A DNA stretch of 64,000 bases from Azolla caroliniana (taxonomy: Eukaryota > Plantae > Polypodiophyta). Shown here piece by piece: positions 12,146 to 24,946 of this stretch; position 1 is the stretch's first letter; each line of letters opens with the position of its first letter. The position numbers and the translations under genes were made by a program. The notes beneath the pieces are model-generated. The model saw only the letters and a list, made by a program, of their open reading frames with translations. It made no database searches and had not been told where the DNA came from. The DNA lies in assembly GCA_043228905.1 (NCBI GenBank), contig JBHGNT010000010.1, forward strand, positions 13,082,001 to 13,146,000, written 5' to 3'.

Positions 12146-13771
12146 TACTCGATTGCATCAATGAGAAGTGTTAAAACTTAAATGTTTAAGTTTAGCTTAT
12201 CTCTTGACATACAAATTATAGTAGCCTTGGCATTAATGGCCAAGAAGCAAAAAGCATACATACAAAGTGAAGGGATCATATAAAGAATCAATCATTTGGA
12301 GGACATGATTGGACCAAGGTATTAAACAATGGTTATGTAGAACTAGGCTCATTTGGTGATCAATCAAATTATTTTTTACCTACAGTAACTTATGATCTAA
12401 AAGATGTGGATAGGAGGAGATCTACTCAAATACAGTCCAAACATTTCATTCCCATATACCAAGGGTCACTTTCTACTTTTTTTTAGCTTAAGATGAAGAT
12501 CTAATAAAGTTGTCTACAGTGTATTCCAATGTTCGAATATTCTACCGGTTCCTACTCTCAAAAGTTTAGTAATTGGATTCTCTACTAGTATGCCTTTTCT
12601 TCCTCTTGACTCGCCATGAATGTTCTAGCCATGTCTACTTTAATAAATATGCTAATTCGTTAACTAAGTTACAAACCCATGATGACCATAGATATATCAA
12701 CTAGCCAGACGTAGATGGAATTTTCGGTAAATTTGGGTGGGTTGATGGTGTTAAGTGAATGTTACCTTCACATGTTGCGAGAGTGAGAGTGACTCTATAT
12801 ATTGAACTTGAATGATTTGCACCACATACACAGACGAGCTTGATAGTGACTTTTTAATTGGACGGCAGTTGAACTACGAATGGCTAATTCATTGAGAGAG
12901 GAAAATGGAATGGAACAAAGTTTGTACCCCTCAAAACAATGGGAAACACAATCATGATGTATTTTAGTAATGATAGTAATGATGCATTTTAGTAAGATGC
13001 TTTTACACCTATTTGTTTGTACTATGTTAACGTGCATGGTTGATTTGTATTTGGGTAAATACAATACATATCTAGATCTCCATATTTCCATGTACAAACC
13101 AATCGCAATTTTTGAGATGGAATAACAGATGTTTCGATTTTAGAAGGATATTGGTACGATAGAATGACTCTCGTGACATTGGACGACAAGCATTAAATGT
13201 TGGATTGTGATCTCATTTTTGTTGTTTGAAGATTGACAAGAAGAATGTTTCAATGTTGTTACGTAGTGAGAGTAGAAATGTTTTCGTTGGTTCATTTGCA
13301 AACAAAATTAAGATAGATGTTGGGTGTGCATGTGGTGAAGAAGAATCCACGACAGATAGAAGGAAGGATAATGATTGGTGATGCTCTCTCACATTCAATG
13401 ACAACCATGCTAGTGGTGGAACGATCACTAACAAAGCGAATGGTCGTACATCATCATGAAATATGTATGGAAATTGGTGTGAGTTAAAGAGCTTCTTGTG
13501 GTGGTGGCGAGTTAGGTAGCAGTCCAGTGAGGGTTTATGTATGTACCTATGTAACTGGTGATCACTTGCTCCATTGAGTTTCATACCCTTCCTCAAAAAA
13601 CACAAAAACAACATATAATACACACACACACACACACACACATTATATACTACTTCATCACAAGAACAACAGTAGACGAAGAACGAGAGGGTCGTTGGAG
13701 GATCCATCCATCCACGGAGTTTTAACTCTCACATACATGTGCAAAACGCACGTGAGAAAAGACATTACATT

Positions 13772-13774
<3 letters not shown>

Positions 13775-13816
<42 letters not shown>

Positions 13817-14005
13817 AGTTCAGTTGGTAAGGTTGCCCAATGGAAACGAGGTGGTCATGGGTTTAACCCTCCCTACATTCGACATTGGCATATAGTGAAA
13901 TAAGAGATATATATACATAGTGTAATAGAGAGGTGAGAAAATTGGGTCTTGAACCCAAGATGTAGTGCTAGTAGTATAAACGAATTACCACTAGGGTAAG
14001 GTAAT

Positions 14006-14061
<56 letters not shown>
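13775..14061. other. (GA)n tracts flanking a ~195-bp insert with two convergent tRNA-like heads
   Basis: (GA)n 13775-13813 and 14009-14061. Plus-strand A-box TAGTTCAGTTGG 13816 and B-box-like GGTTTAACCC 13860. Minus-strand CCCTAGTGGTAA...GGGTTCAAGACCC 13944-13997. Confidence 0.55.
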
Positions 14062-14063
<2 letters not shown>

Positions 14064-14288
14064 CAATCACACAAACACACACACACACTCCCTTTCCTTC
14101 CCTTTCCTTTTGTGGTGTGTGTGTCGTTGCTCTCTTGCTATCTTCTTTTTCTTCTTCTTCACTATCGCCAATCATCACACTATCTACTACTTACTACTGC
14201 GACTACTACTTATAATATAGTAAATAATAATAATTATAAGACTAAGAAGAAGCTTTCTTATTTACAACATACAGTACATACTCGCTTT

Positions 14289-14327
<39 letters not shown>

Positions 14328-14409
14328 ATCATCATCATCAGCAGCGGCGGCAGGCGTACTCAGCACGCTCTCTGTCTCTGTCTCTCTCTCTCTCTCTGCG
14401 TCTGTCTCC

Positions 14410-15480
14410 ATGGCAGCCCTAGCTGGTGCTGGTGCTGGTGCTGGTGCTGGTGCTGGTGCTATGGACTATTATTACTATTCCTCCTCCTCCTCCTCTTCTC
14501 ACCACCATCACGCGCACACGCACACGCACACGCACACGCAGAGGCAGAGGCAGAGGCAGAGGCTACTTCCTCCTCCTCCTCCTCCATCATCATCTCCTCT
14601 AATCCGCCTCCTCATCTCCCATCATCAATATCATCATCAGAATCAATATCAATATCAATATCAATATCAATATCATCATCATCATCATCATCATCACCAT
14701 CGCCTCATGCCCCTTCCTCCCTCCTCCTCCTCCTCCTTCTCCGCTTCATCATCATCATCTAATAATATTCGCTTCTTCTTCCACCACCACCTGCATCAGC
14801 AGCATCAGCATCATGACCGGTGAGTTCTCCCCCCCCCCCCCCCCCCCAAATAACGATCTCTCTCTCTACAAAATATAACTAATAGCAAGTGCACAGCACT
14901 TCCTCCTCCTGTGCAGAAAGCAAGATAATTGTGGGCTCGCAGCAGCAGCACCACCGCCTAGAAGAGCCATAGCCCCCCCCACCATAATCAAAGCTCTCCG
15001 CCCCTCCTCCTCCTCCTCCTCTGAATACGACGACTACTCCTCCTCCTCCACCGCCCCTGCCCCCGCTGCTGCTGCTGCTGCGGAGGAGGAGGAGGAGGAG
15101 GAGGAGGATATCTCAAGATCAGGAGATTCCGAAGATTTTAGCAGCAGATACTTCGACTTTGTGGTGATTGGCAGTGGCATCGCGGGCCTGAGATATGCGT
15201 TAGACGTTTCCAGGTGTGGCAGCGTTGCCATCATCACCAAAGCCGAGCCGCATGAGACTAACACCAACTACGCACAGGGAGGTGTCAGCGCTGTCTTGGA
15301 TCCTCTCGATTCCATTGAGAATCACATCAGGGACACTATCGTCGCAGGAGCTTATCTCTGTGATGAAGAGACTGTGGAGGTCAGCCCCTGCTCACACACA
15401 TCCTCTTTACTCTTTCAAATCCATCCATCCATCCATATTTTGCGTTGATTAAAGCTACCATAATCCGTATTATTATTGTG

Positions 15481-15512
<32 letters not shown>

Positions 15513-18335
15513 GTATGTATGTATGTATTGGTTAAGGTTTGCTATGCTTTGTAGGTTGTGTGTAGGGAGGGTCCAGATAGAGTGAGGGAGCTGATTGCCA
15601 TGGGAGCATCCTTTGATCATAGTGAAGATGGGCTCCTACACCTCGCACGTGAGGGAGGCCATTCACACCATCGCATAGTTCATGCGGCTGACATGACTGG
15701 CCGAGAAATCGAGAGGGCGTTGCTGGAATCTGTTCATAAGTGTGCCAATATCACAATGTTTGCACACCATTTCGCAATAGATCTCCTAACAAAGAAGGTG
15801 GGTGTTATCCAAAACAATAGCTCTTTGTCTCATATCTATCATCTCGTGTTAAATTTTTATAGAATCTGAGTGTCCTCTATTTGGAAAATCATAGGAGGGA
15901 ACAACGGTTACGTGTTGTGGTGTGGATACTCTGGACACACAAACTTGTAAGGTACTGCAGTGCTTTCATCAAACTCTTGGATGTTTCGTGAGATTCTATC
16001 TAGAGAAAGAAATCGAGATTCGCAAAGAGATACCGTACCGCCTACCTCAACAATCCTTTTCTAAATCATTTAGGGGAGTCAACTGAGTGATGCTTTATGT
16101 GAAGAATTAAATGATTGAACACATTGATCAAACCAAGTAAAACTTGAGGAGAACTTTGACGCCCAGCAACCTTTAAACAAAGAAACTGTATATATATTGT
16201 ATGCATTTCATGTTGTTCCGGTTCCGGAACTTTCTTCCAGTTTATGTTCCATGTTAGATAGTGTTGTTGTGCAGTTATTTGTTGATATCAAGGTTGCAAC
16301 TGTGCTTCCAATGCTAGTTACTGATCTAGCTACTCTATATTATTCTTAACAAGATAGGTGCATTAGGATTTGGGCCAAAGACTTAAGTGTTTCTGTGACT
16401 GAGCTATAAGACTCCATCCTTGTATATGAACATTGTGATTGGATTGACTAGGAAAATGGTTTTTATTACGATTGTTTGCAGTGAATTTTCCAGAAAAGCT
16501 TTTGAATAAGAGTCAAGAGTAGTTTTGTGAAAAAAATGGACTCGGTGATACTTTTTGTAGATTTAGGCAGTGAAAGTCTAGTCGAGTGTTGTAGTTGATA
16601 GTATTTAATTCCAAATGTATTGTAAGATACTTTTTGTTTGGGATGAAAATTATGAGCCAGTGAGAGTCCATGTAGTTAGTGAACTTAAGCCCAAGCATGT
16701 GTTGTTATGGGGGCCTTAACAAGGGAACTCTCATGCTGCTACCACCATGATGGTTAAAAATGTTCATATGTGCGTATTTTATAAAAGGAGCATGAAAAAG
16801 CTTTGAGAGAGACAGAAACTGAGCTTGATGAGAGCGAAAATCAGTCACATCTACCAATGTGATACCCAAGTGGATCCACATCTGCATATATGTGTCGAGA
16901 ATTGAAAGAGAGAGAGACACACACACACACACGCACACGCACGCCTATGTTTATCAAAATGATGGCCAAATGGCTCCAGATGGTCATGTGTGTACAAATA
17001 AATGAAGGTTTCTACATGCTAATTCAGGTGAAGAGGCTCATTGCTGGAGTCACAATGCTTGCAGCAGGTGGGGCTGGCCATATTTACCCTACCACAACAA
17101 ATCCCTTGGTAAGTGAGAACATTTCACTGGGGAAGTTTTATTATGTTGACGTAGTAGCATCATTTTGGCATGTGAAGAACAGTTCTCTTTTCTATGCCAG
17201 GTAGCAACAGGTGATGGAGTTGCCATGGCACATAGAGCTCATACGATTATTTCAAACATGGAGTAAATTAATGATCTGAGCTTTGTTAGGTATTAACTTT
17301 TTGAGAACCTTTTCAGAGTCCGAAGTTTGAAATGTTTCATTTGGCAGATTCGTGCAGTTCCATCCTACTGCATTAGCAGATGAAGGATTACCACAGAGAC
17401 CTGAAAGTAGGGATAATGCATTTCTGATTACCGAAGCAGTTAGAGGTGCTGGTGGCATTCTATATAACCAGTCCATGGAAAGATTTATGCCATTGTATGA
17501 TCATCGTGCGGAACTGGCTCCCAGGGATGTGGTAGCTCGTAGCATCGACAATGAGCTGAAGAAACGAAAGGAGACTTATGTATTACTGGATATAAGCTAT
17601 AAACCTGCAGAAGAGATTTTATCTCATTTCCCGAATATTGCAGCTGAGTGCTTGAAATATGGTCTTGATATCACGAAGCAACCCATACCTGTTGTACCAG
17701 CTGCACACTATATATGTGGAGGTGTCCAAACAGGTCTTCATGGAGAGACTTCAGTTGTGGGCTTGTATGCAGCTGGTGAGGTTGCATGCACAGGTTTACA
17801 TGGTGCCAACAGACTTGGCAGTAACTCAATGCTTGAGGCTTTGGTCTTTTCTCAAAGAGCTGTGAAGCCTGCAATTGACTATGTTCAGAATGTTTCTAAA
17901 ACTCATCAAGACATCGATGAAATCAAGGCTTGGCCCCGCCCTGTTGCTCGATGTGACTCAAGTGTTGATAATCTCCAGGATATTTTACAAATAACCGATA
18001 TGACAAGAAAACTGCTGCAAGGGATAATGTGGGAGTTTGTTGGCTTAGTACGCTCAACAGAACGTCTGAAGACAGCCCAAAAGAAGATCTGTAGATTGGA
18101 ATTAGATTGGGTGGATGAGCTCTTTAGAAAAGGATGGCAGCAGAACATGGTACATGTGAAGGTGTGTGAGTTGAGGAATCTCATTTTGGTTGCCAATCTC
18201 GTCGTGAACAGTGCTCTTGCCAGGCAAGAGAGTCGAGGATCACATTATAGTATAGATTTTCCTGATCTTGTGGAGAGCAAGAGGATTCCTACAATTCTGT
18301 TTCCTGACACACCTGTGAATACTGCATGTTGCTGA
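14410..18335 (+). CDS. AO: L-aspartate oxidase, plastid-type (NAD de novo biosynthesis; NadB family)
   Basis: Exons 14410-14819, 14917-15379, 15555-15797, 15895-15951, 17028-17108, 17201-17262, 17348-18335; all introns GT-AG, phases consistent, 2304 nt = 767 aa. Motifs VIGSGIAG, NTNYAQGG, REGGHSHHRIVHAADMTG, EFVQFHPT, ELAPRDVVAR, GLHGANRL, ESRGSHY. Exon 1/start codon is less certain. Confidence 0.93.
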
Positions 18336-20457
18336 CTAATGACTACTAATGATCGTCATTGCATAATGTCTCCCTCGATGTGTGTGGGAGTGTCCATAGT
18401 TAATTTAAACAATAAATAGTTGGACCTTAGGTTTGAGCTCTTATACCCATGATTGGGCTCTAGAACCCTTCCAAAGGTCATGAAACTTTAGAGACTTCAA
18501 AGTTGCCATTGATTATTTGATTATTGTTTGTCATCATGGGATCGATTTCCATAACCTTGACAGTTGATGTCACAATTTGCCGATGGATTGTGTGTAGAAA
18601 GTCTGTATTTTTCTTTTACAATCAGAAGAAATTGGCTTTTCTCAGGGAATACCATGTTCTTGTTCATGGAAACAATTGATCACTAGTGTTGCCATGATAT
18701 ATACGTATATCTATCTGTCTAGAGGCGCACATTGTGGCTAAGATTCATTGAGCTAAGGTTCATTTGTGCGTCTTGTAATTGACAAAATCTTGATGTCACA
18801 AAATGATGCTGGACTTGGAGAGCATGATATGATTTATGCATGCGCAAAATACAAGTGCACAAGGAGTTGGGAAACATGATTTTATTGTCAGAACCATGAA
18901 TTAGGAACTGCAAGACCCGAGTGCCCCAAATTGCTGCCCTTGAATTAAGCAGCATGATGCGATCGATCAGTATGTGCAAAATTCAGAAATTCAGCGAGAT
19001 AAGACTGGCAATAACATGTGTATATACAATGTAATGCAGCTATGAACGTATATAGTATATACAATGTAATGCAGCTATGAAAAGAAAAATGTATGTGGAT
19101 TAGAGCCCAGTGAAATGTTAGTATTCTTTTCTTCAACAAGCCTTGATGCTAACAAATGGTGCCATGGATTAGGGAATATTCACAGTACTCGGAACATGAG
19201 GGATTTTATGCATATGCTCAAGGTTTGGGGAACATATGTTATCCACCATAATATTCCAGCTACGAAGAGTCCAAATAGGTAAGATAAAAAACATAATCTG
19301 TTTTTCTTCTTTTGAATCGAGACCTTAATCCCCCAAATACTTAGCAAAGCATTTCAGAAAACAATGAACGTAGACAGGCCACCTTTTCGTAGGAGAAAAT
19401 TGACAACCAACAATTGCAAACATCAAAACCATGTTCTCTTCCATATCTATAGATATATATATTACACAACCTTGAGAAACCAAAGTAAATATGCCTACTA
19501 GGGGAAGGTTATATATCATTGTTAGAATTGAGATGAAAACACAACCTTGACACAAGTGGTTAACTTGAAGTCGGGGAATTCGATATGGTAATTATATATG
19601 GAAAAAGTTTATACATGTGACATTGAGGAACATACATGTAGACATGTAAAATTCCCCAAGGGTTTAGGGGGTAATTACGTGTACAAAAGACTTGGGAATA
19701 GTGCATCTAAATATGATAATTATATTTGGAGAATGCTTATACACATGACGATATGTAAAATCTACACTCGATGCTTATACACGACATTACGAAACATGCA
19801 TGTTGACAACATGTAAAATACATACACTCAATGCTTGGTAATTTGCAAAATTAGGTGTACAGAAAACTTAGGAATAGTGCATCTATTGTATAATATGAGC
19901 TTATGGAATTTTCATCGCTTGGGTTCACTGTAGGACTACTTTATGACGTCCTTGCTATGGTAAATCTAAGATGAATTGTATGGGGTTATAAGGTCATCCC
20001 AAAAGTGGTGCTGACAAATTTGAACTTGGGGAAAAATCATCATTTGAATATGCAATAGGTGTAGCTCGTTATTAAGTTTCTTGTCAAGTTCAATAGCAAT
20101 TGATGCAATCTTAAGACACATGTCTGAACCTATGATGAGCAGCTAGCTTGCTGCAAGACATTCAAACAATTAATCACTGCAATGTGCGGACATCCGTACC
20201 CACCATCCCCACCCAACCTAAGGAGGCCACCATCTCACATGGGGAGTCAAATACAAAGGGGTTTTTTAGATGGATAGATCTTGGGGCTGAGCACTAGTAA
20301 AAGAAACTGTAAGACATGTTCTCAGGAGAAAAAGAAAAGAAAAGACCGACACATTTTAAAAGAAACTTCACCACCAAAATGGAAATAGAAGCTAGCTTTT
20401 ATTATCAGGAAACATGTGTATACAATATGATGAGGAGATTTAATTAAGGCAAATTCA

Positions 20458-23400
20458 TCAATTTTTTATTTCATCGCTTTCAAGCAGCTCTTTCACTAGA
20501 AAATCTTCAGACACTTCTGTTCCTGGTTTTAAAGACTTCAATTTGCGATAGCCCTTGTCGGTGCCAAAAATCCTGCATGTCAGAAGATTCAAGACCGTCA
20601 AGTCTCAGTTAGAAGTTTAATTTAATTTTTTTGAATCAAATGTTACGATTGCGCACATACCAATCCATATAAGTGAATGTGGAGGAGTAATTTCCGGATT
20701 TTGTATACAGCAGTCGATGATGGTAATCATGGAAATCAGCTCTGCATACAAAATTATTATGTCAATTAAATTCGGTCTCTGCTACAAAATTAACAAAGAT
20801 GTTGAATATTGATCACATGCATATGGAGGCCTGTCATAATTGAAATAAGAAATTATCTGTATTGGTTCTTTATCTTGATAAAGAGCACAGACCAAATTTG
20901 TTTCACCACTTGAAAGGAGAACCATTGAAGGTTATTCTTCAGCAAAAGGTGATCCACAACTCTGGACATAATTTAGAGTAAACTTCTAGTACATTCAATA
21001 CCATTTTATTTCGGTCTATAAAGATGCTGGAAATAATCTATTTCTACCAATCTTATCACTCACAATTTATAAACCCGGCCCCACTATCATTTCATAATAT
21101 CTTACTGATTTTCCTCTCCAACCTTGATTGAAATCATTTATGCCGTTGATTTGAAGTTTTACAATATTCATTATCATTTGATATTATTTGTCTATACTTG
21201 TGATCACATATGCCTATCAGACTGCACCTTGTGCCTTGTCATTGGCTAATATACCATCTACTTCCCCCCAAATCTTGCAAACATATATGGCTTCTCAACA
21301 ATCAATCAATTCAATAAGAACCTGGGTATGGATGTTTTCCAAATGGTGATATTTGCTACTAAATAAGTCTTGAAGCTAGAAAAATGGCGCAAATATAAAA
21401 ACATTTGGACAGTCAAAATCATTCATTAAGGCCGTGAAGACTATACTATACCCGCCATAAAGGGGGAAGATCTTTGAGATACTCCAAGGGAAGTCATATC
21501 CACAATGAGCTTCAACAGTCTCTAAAACTCTCAATATCATCCAAACCCAGAGTGTAAAAAGATGAGGCCCAGTTATTGCAGGTCCAAAGAAAGTTGCAAA
21601 TCCAAGGAAAAGTATCTCAGCAGGATGAGCATACTCTGATGTCAATCCAAATGGAGTTGCATATCTGCAAATGTGTTATATAAAGGAAATAAGATTCATC
21701 GGTATTCATACATACGAGAATGAAATATTCCACGATGTTCAATCATGGAAACTCACTCATGGTGTACACTATGCACATGTTTGTAGAGCCATTTGGTGTG
21801 TAAGATTCTATGACCCCAATAAAATATGAAGTCTTCGAGTATAAAATATGACATGATTTGGAAAACCACAACCTTCCTGCCAAAATAATTACCAGATAAA
21901 ATTTAGAGTTGTTCCCACTTTGATGGCATAAAAAGGAAGCATAGTTTATGCTTACCAGGAAGGTAAAGGCAGTTGACATGACATGCCCATGAACTTGAAA
22001 GAAGGATATGCGAGGATCATTAATGGCAGGTTGACGCATGTGTGATAAAGCAACAGCCGAGTGATACATTTTTCTTGAGCTGAAGGTGCGTTCATTTTAC
22101 TCTGAAGAACAAAATATGTATACCTGATAAGGGGCCTCGTTATAACTGAAAAAAAGGAGGATCCATCCATCTCCATACTTTTGAAAACGGGGTGTTTTAT
22201 CTTGTTGTTTCTTTTTGAGTTCTAAGCCATAGTAAACATTCCTGTTGGGGTGCGGCTAGGTAAGATGGGCAGTTTAATTTATACATGCACCTTGACGTAA
22301 AGATTTCTGCCTTGAGAAGCAAATCAGGTCAGAATCCGTCCGTCCATACCATTTTTTTTTATTGGTGCCTTAAAACTGTTCGCCCTGGGCTTGTATCTAG
22401 TTAAAGAGCTGTGCAACTCAACGTGCCAATAGATGGTCACATATGCAGTTCAATGCAGCACACCAAAAACTCTCACAAAAATATGAACCATTATAGGAAT
22501 AGAACTGCGTACTCAACTATGTTCCTCAATAGACAGAAATACAGAAGAAAAAAAGATTAACTGCTCACAGTGTATGCCAATGCAGGTTTCACTAGTGCCA
22601 TGGTTACCTGGAGAATGTGATGAACAACTAAAATACCACACAACAACAACACAGAAAAAGCAGAGTCACAATTGTTCCCTTTATGGCACGATAAAAGACA
22701 ATGGATGAAGGACATGTGGGCGAGAGTGCCCTATACAAAACAAAGAGGACCCATCCATAGATTTGTCAGGCTCGAAGCTTGTTCACATTGGGATTACCAT
22801 ACAAATTCCTCCTCTTATGTGTTCGTTCATTCATACTGATACATATACAGACAGGCACATGAACCAACTGACCTGGATTTTGTATTTCTTGAAGCCCCAC
22901 ATTTCCATGAAAAGGTATGGTAAGCCTGATAGGAAGAAGACACCTTCATGGAGAATGAAACTGCCTATAGACGCAAGCTGAAACTCGGTGAAGTTGTCTG
23001 TCAAGTACTGCAAAAACAACAAAAGGAACAACTTAGAGAGAAGAAGGAGCATTTCCAGTGAATGAATCTAAGCATAACAGCATGGAAAGTAATGAAAAGA
23101 GTATTCAGCATTTATAAAGAGGAAAATTCTGTCATGGCTACAAAGGTCATGAAAGAAGCCACGTGTTTTGGTCAGCCAGCCGCACAAAATGTCAAGAATA
23201 TTTAAACATGCCAGGCCAGGCCGCCTTGAGAATCAAGAATCTACTAGATCCCCTCCAAAACCAGGAATCTACTACAGGATATCCCCTCAAGGATCAATAA
23301 TACGTCCCGGAGGGAGGAGGGATGGTCTCGAAAATCAAGAATCTGCGGGATCAGCTCAAGGATTCCAAGAGATCACATGCAGGCAAGGCAAGGCATGCAT

Positions 23401-23742
23401 GCTTGCCAACCAAAAACTGTGCAGGGAAAAGGAAGAATATGAAAATAGAGCAGAGCAAGCGGAACAACAGAGGGATTCAAAGGGAAAAAAACAAGCAAGG
23501 CTTTTGGTAGGCAGTAGAGAAAAAAGGAAAGATGAAATCATCATGTCTTTTAACAGGCTATATAAAATGGACTAAGATTCCGAACAAGAGATAAATGATT
23601 ACGAGGAATGGAATAAATAATCTATCTATATATCTGTGTATATAAAAAAACAAAAAAAGGGGGCATGGGGCATGGGGCAACAACAGCATAGAAAGCTAGG
23701 AGAAGAAGGAGAGGATTGTACAGACAAAAAAAGAAAGGAACT

Positions 23743-23782
<40 letters not shown>

Positions 23783-23819
23783 CTACCTGCCAGCCTTGTT
23801 CCAAAGCAGTGTTCGCCAT
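20458..23819 (-). CDS. SMO2: Sterol 4-alpha-methyl oxidase, SMO2 type (methylsterol monooxygenase)
   Basis: Exons 23819-23787, 23007-22873, 22101-21956, 21876-21757, 21664-21452, 20741-20661, 20572-20458; GT-AG introns, 843 nt = 280 aa. His boxes HRILH, HSVHHEY, HDYHH; [31 protein letters not shown]. Confidence 0.93.
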
Positions 23820-24028
23820 GGAGGAGGAGGAGGAGGAGTAAATGTTTTCGTTGTTTCTGCGTGTGCGACAGACGGACGGATCGACCCACAGAGACAGAGA
23901 CAGAGACAGAGACAGAAAGACAGGAGGAGGAAGAGCAGCAGGAAAACAAGAAAAAGAGGGAAGAAGAGAAGAAGAAAGAGGTGAAAGAGCTACTTCTTTT
24001 TCTTCTTCTTCTTTTTCCTTAGAATTTG

Positions 24029-24065
24029 GTGTGTGTGTGTGTGTGTGTGTGACAGAGTAGAGTGA

Positions 24066-24113
<48 letters not shown>

Positions 24114-24180
24114 CGTGTAATGCTTCGTCGTCACACATACACTTGTTCCATACATACTTCCGAGAGAGAGAGAGAGAGAA
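24029..24180. repeat. (GT)n/(GA)n compound microsatellites upstream of SMO2
   Basis: Directly visible. Confidence 0.9.
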
Positions 24181-24539
24181 AGAAAGAAAGATATGTATCA
24201 ACGTCTTCTTTAGAAGACCACATTTGGCGGCCCATAACAAAATTGATTACAACAATAATGGTATTTGTACCCAATTAAATTATCGAATAAAATATATAAA
24301 TAAAACAGTTTTAGGATGGTACGAAATTGTTTTGGAACTGGATTCTATACATACATATTCTATAAAGGAAAATGGCGATACGTATGTGTTGAGATTGAGA
24401 CTAGTTTCATTTCCATCCAAAGTCTCCCCAAGGGTTTTGGTGCGAGTGTGACCCCCCGTGGTCTCAATATACATACATACATAAATGCTATCCCAACCAT
24501 AGCTTCTAGGGGAGTAACTCACGTCCCCTTATCTTCTTA

Positions 24540-24946
24540 ATTGCTTTTGCATTATGAGTGGCTTTAAGGCCCAGTATCTAAGGGCATTTGCTTGTTGCTC
24601 TTTCGATTTTTGCTTCAACGAGCGACAAGCTGAGTGGTGGAGGTGTGTCCAAGTTTATCGTTCCCCCTTGTCCTTGAAATTTTTTAGTGATTATGTGTTG
24701 GTGAAGATTAGAAAGATTGCGCTTAACATTTTGTAGCTTATTCTCTCTATGCGGTTTTAGCTCTAAGATATAGCTACCTAGTGTCTCTATATCCGAGGTA
24801 TCCAATAATTGGGAGAGGTGGCAATATGTCTCACCCCTTATCTCGACGTAAGCTAGACATTTGCTTGTAAGATGATACTTATCCTCGACCTCTATATGAC
24901 ATAATCTACATATACTTTCCTCTTTGAGAACTCTATATGACATAAT
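24540..24946 (-). mobile_element. 3' fragment of a decayed LINE (C-terminal CCHC zinc finger)
   Basis: ORF 24578-24943 contains ICRLC..EVEDKYHL..KC..Y, typical of a non-LTR ORF2 C-terminus. Confidence 0.65.

Noticed and set aside
14112-14762. 216-aa ORF overlapping AO exon 1
   Set aside because: Alternative frame of stop-poor microsatellites; does not splice in frame to the AO core.
14410-18335. Bacterial nadB contamination or recent horizontal transfer
   Set aside because: Six spliceosomal introns and an N-terminal extension; AO is a standard plant nuclear gene.
19019-19890. Short direct repeats between the AO and SMO2 3' ends
   Set aside because: Two-copy local duplications with no structure suggesting an RNA gene or element.
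23168-24451. Cluster of short ORFs in SMO2 intron 1 and promoter
   Set aside because: Low-complexity (GA/GT/GAG) sequence with no recognisable domains.
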